Shown here piece after piece: positions 10,006 through 10,817 of a DNA stretch of 10,817 nucleotides. The DNA comes from Candidatus Krumholzibacteriia bacterium (GTDB taxonomy: Bacteria; Krumholzibacteriota; Krumholzibacteriia; WVZY01), in NCBI GenBank assembly GCA_036478295.1, contig JAZGDW010000157.1, positions 1-10,817 on the forward strand, read 5' to 3'. How positions within the stretch are numbered: the stretch's first letter is position 1; each line of letters begins with the position of its first letter. The translations under genes and the position numbers were made by a program. The notes below the pieces were generated by a model. The model searched no databases, had not been told where the DNA came from, and saw nothing but the letters and a program-made list of their open reading frames with translations.

Positions 10006-10817
10006 ATGGCCAAGACAATACTCGTCGTAGATGATGAAAAAGGTATCCGCGATTCGCTGCGGCGATTGCTCGAATACGAGAAGTACAAAGTGGTCCTGGC
10101 GGAGGACGGCCGGGGTGCATTGCAGGCGGCGGAGAACGAGCGGGTCGACCTCGCTCTGCTCGATATCAAGATGCCCGGACTGGACGGGATGGAAGTCTTG
10201 TCCAGCCTGCACGAGAGCCAGCCCGAACTGCCGGTCATCATCATTTCGGGCCACGGGACCATCCAGACGGCGGTCGAGGCCACGCGCCTGGGCGCGTTCG
10301 ATTTCATCGAAAAGCCGATCGACGCGGACCGCATCCTCCTCGTCATCCGTAACGGTCTCGCCCAGCGGCGGCTGATCCGCGAAAACATTTCTCTCAAAGC
10401 GGAGGTCCAGCGCCACACGCGAATAATTGGCGAGCACTCGGAGATGGCGGCGATCATGGAGACAATGGCCAAGGTCGCCCCCACCAACGCCCGCGTTCTC
10501 ATCATGGGCGAGAACGGCACCGGCAAGGAGCTTGTCGCGCGTGCCATCCACGAGATGAGCCCGCGCTCCAGGGAAGCGTTCATCGAGGTCAACTGCGCGG
10601 CCATCCCCGAGGAACTCATCGAGAGCGAACTGTTCGGCCATGAGAAGGGTTCCTTCACCGGTGCGGTTGCCCGACGGGTCGGCAAGTTCGAGCTGGCCGA
10701 CGGCGGTACGCTCTTTCTGGATGAGGTCGGGGACATGAGCCATTCCGCGCAGGCCAAGGTGCTGCGCGTACTGCAGGAGTCCCAGTTCGAGCGCGTGGGG
10801 GGGACGGTGACCATGAG
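10006..10817 (+). CDS. Sigma54-dependent NtrC/NtrX-family response regulator (receiver + AAA+), 3'-truncated by the window edge
   Basis: Translated by hand because it is absent from the ORF track: [11 protein letters not shown]...[11 protein letters not shown]...ISGHG...AFDFIEKP; Walker [31 protein letters not shown]; Walker [20 protein letters not shown]. Confidence 0.95.
   Translation, partial: MAKTILVVDDEKGIRDSLRRLLEYEKYKVVLAEDGRGALQAAENERVDLALLDIKMPGLDGMEVLSSLHESQPELPVIIISGHGTIQTAVEATRLGAFDFIEKPIDADRILLVIRNGLAQRRLIRENISLKAEVQRHTRIIGEHSEMAAIMETMAKVAPTNARVLIMGENGTGKELVARAIHEMSPRSREAFIEVNCAAIPEELIESELFGHEKGSFTGAVARRVGKFELADGGTLFLDEVGDMSHSAQAKVLRVLQESQFERVGGTVTM

Noticed and set aside
9763..10814. 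Minus-strand ORFs of 326 and 291 aa
   Set aside because: They are antisense shadows of the NtrC-family regulator, whose real frame lacks a stop in the window.

Overview
GC-rich bacterial chromosome window. An Omp85 gene and a 'YPNPFNP...WDGRD' C-terminal sorting domain suggest a diderm FCB-group or candidate-phylum host (inference). The left 1.2 kb holds three overlapping elements. (1) An initiator tRNA-fMet (minus strand) is split by a 647-nt group I intron (539-1185). (2) The intron encodes an intact-looking PD-(D/E)XK homing endonuclease of the I-Ssp6803I type. (3) The tRNA 3' end is overlapped in antisense by the C-terminus of a probable large serine recombinase from an integrated element. 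The intron insertion appears to have destroyed the recombinase stop codon (TGA to TGC, +88 aa), and the endonuclease frame runs through the ribozyme core. The rest of the window is ftsB/divIC and eno (minus); a SigW-like ECF sigma, ZAS anti-sigma, beta-helix membrane protein and single-POTRA Omp85 cluster, with a consensus TGAAAC-N16-CGTA promoter between sigma and anti-sigma; a secreted HEXXH metalloprotease with a possible sigma54 promoter; rlmN (minus); and a truncated NtrC/NtrX-type response regulator. All calls come from reading motifs by eye; no searches were run.
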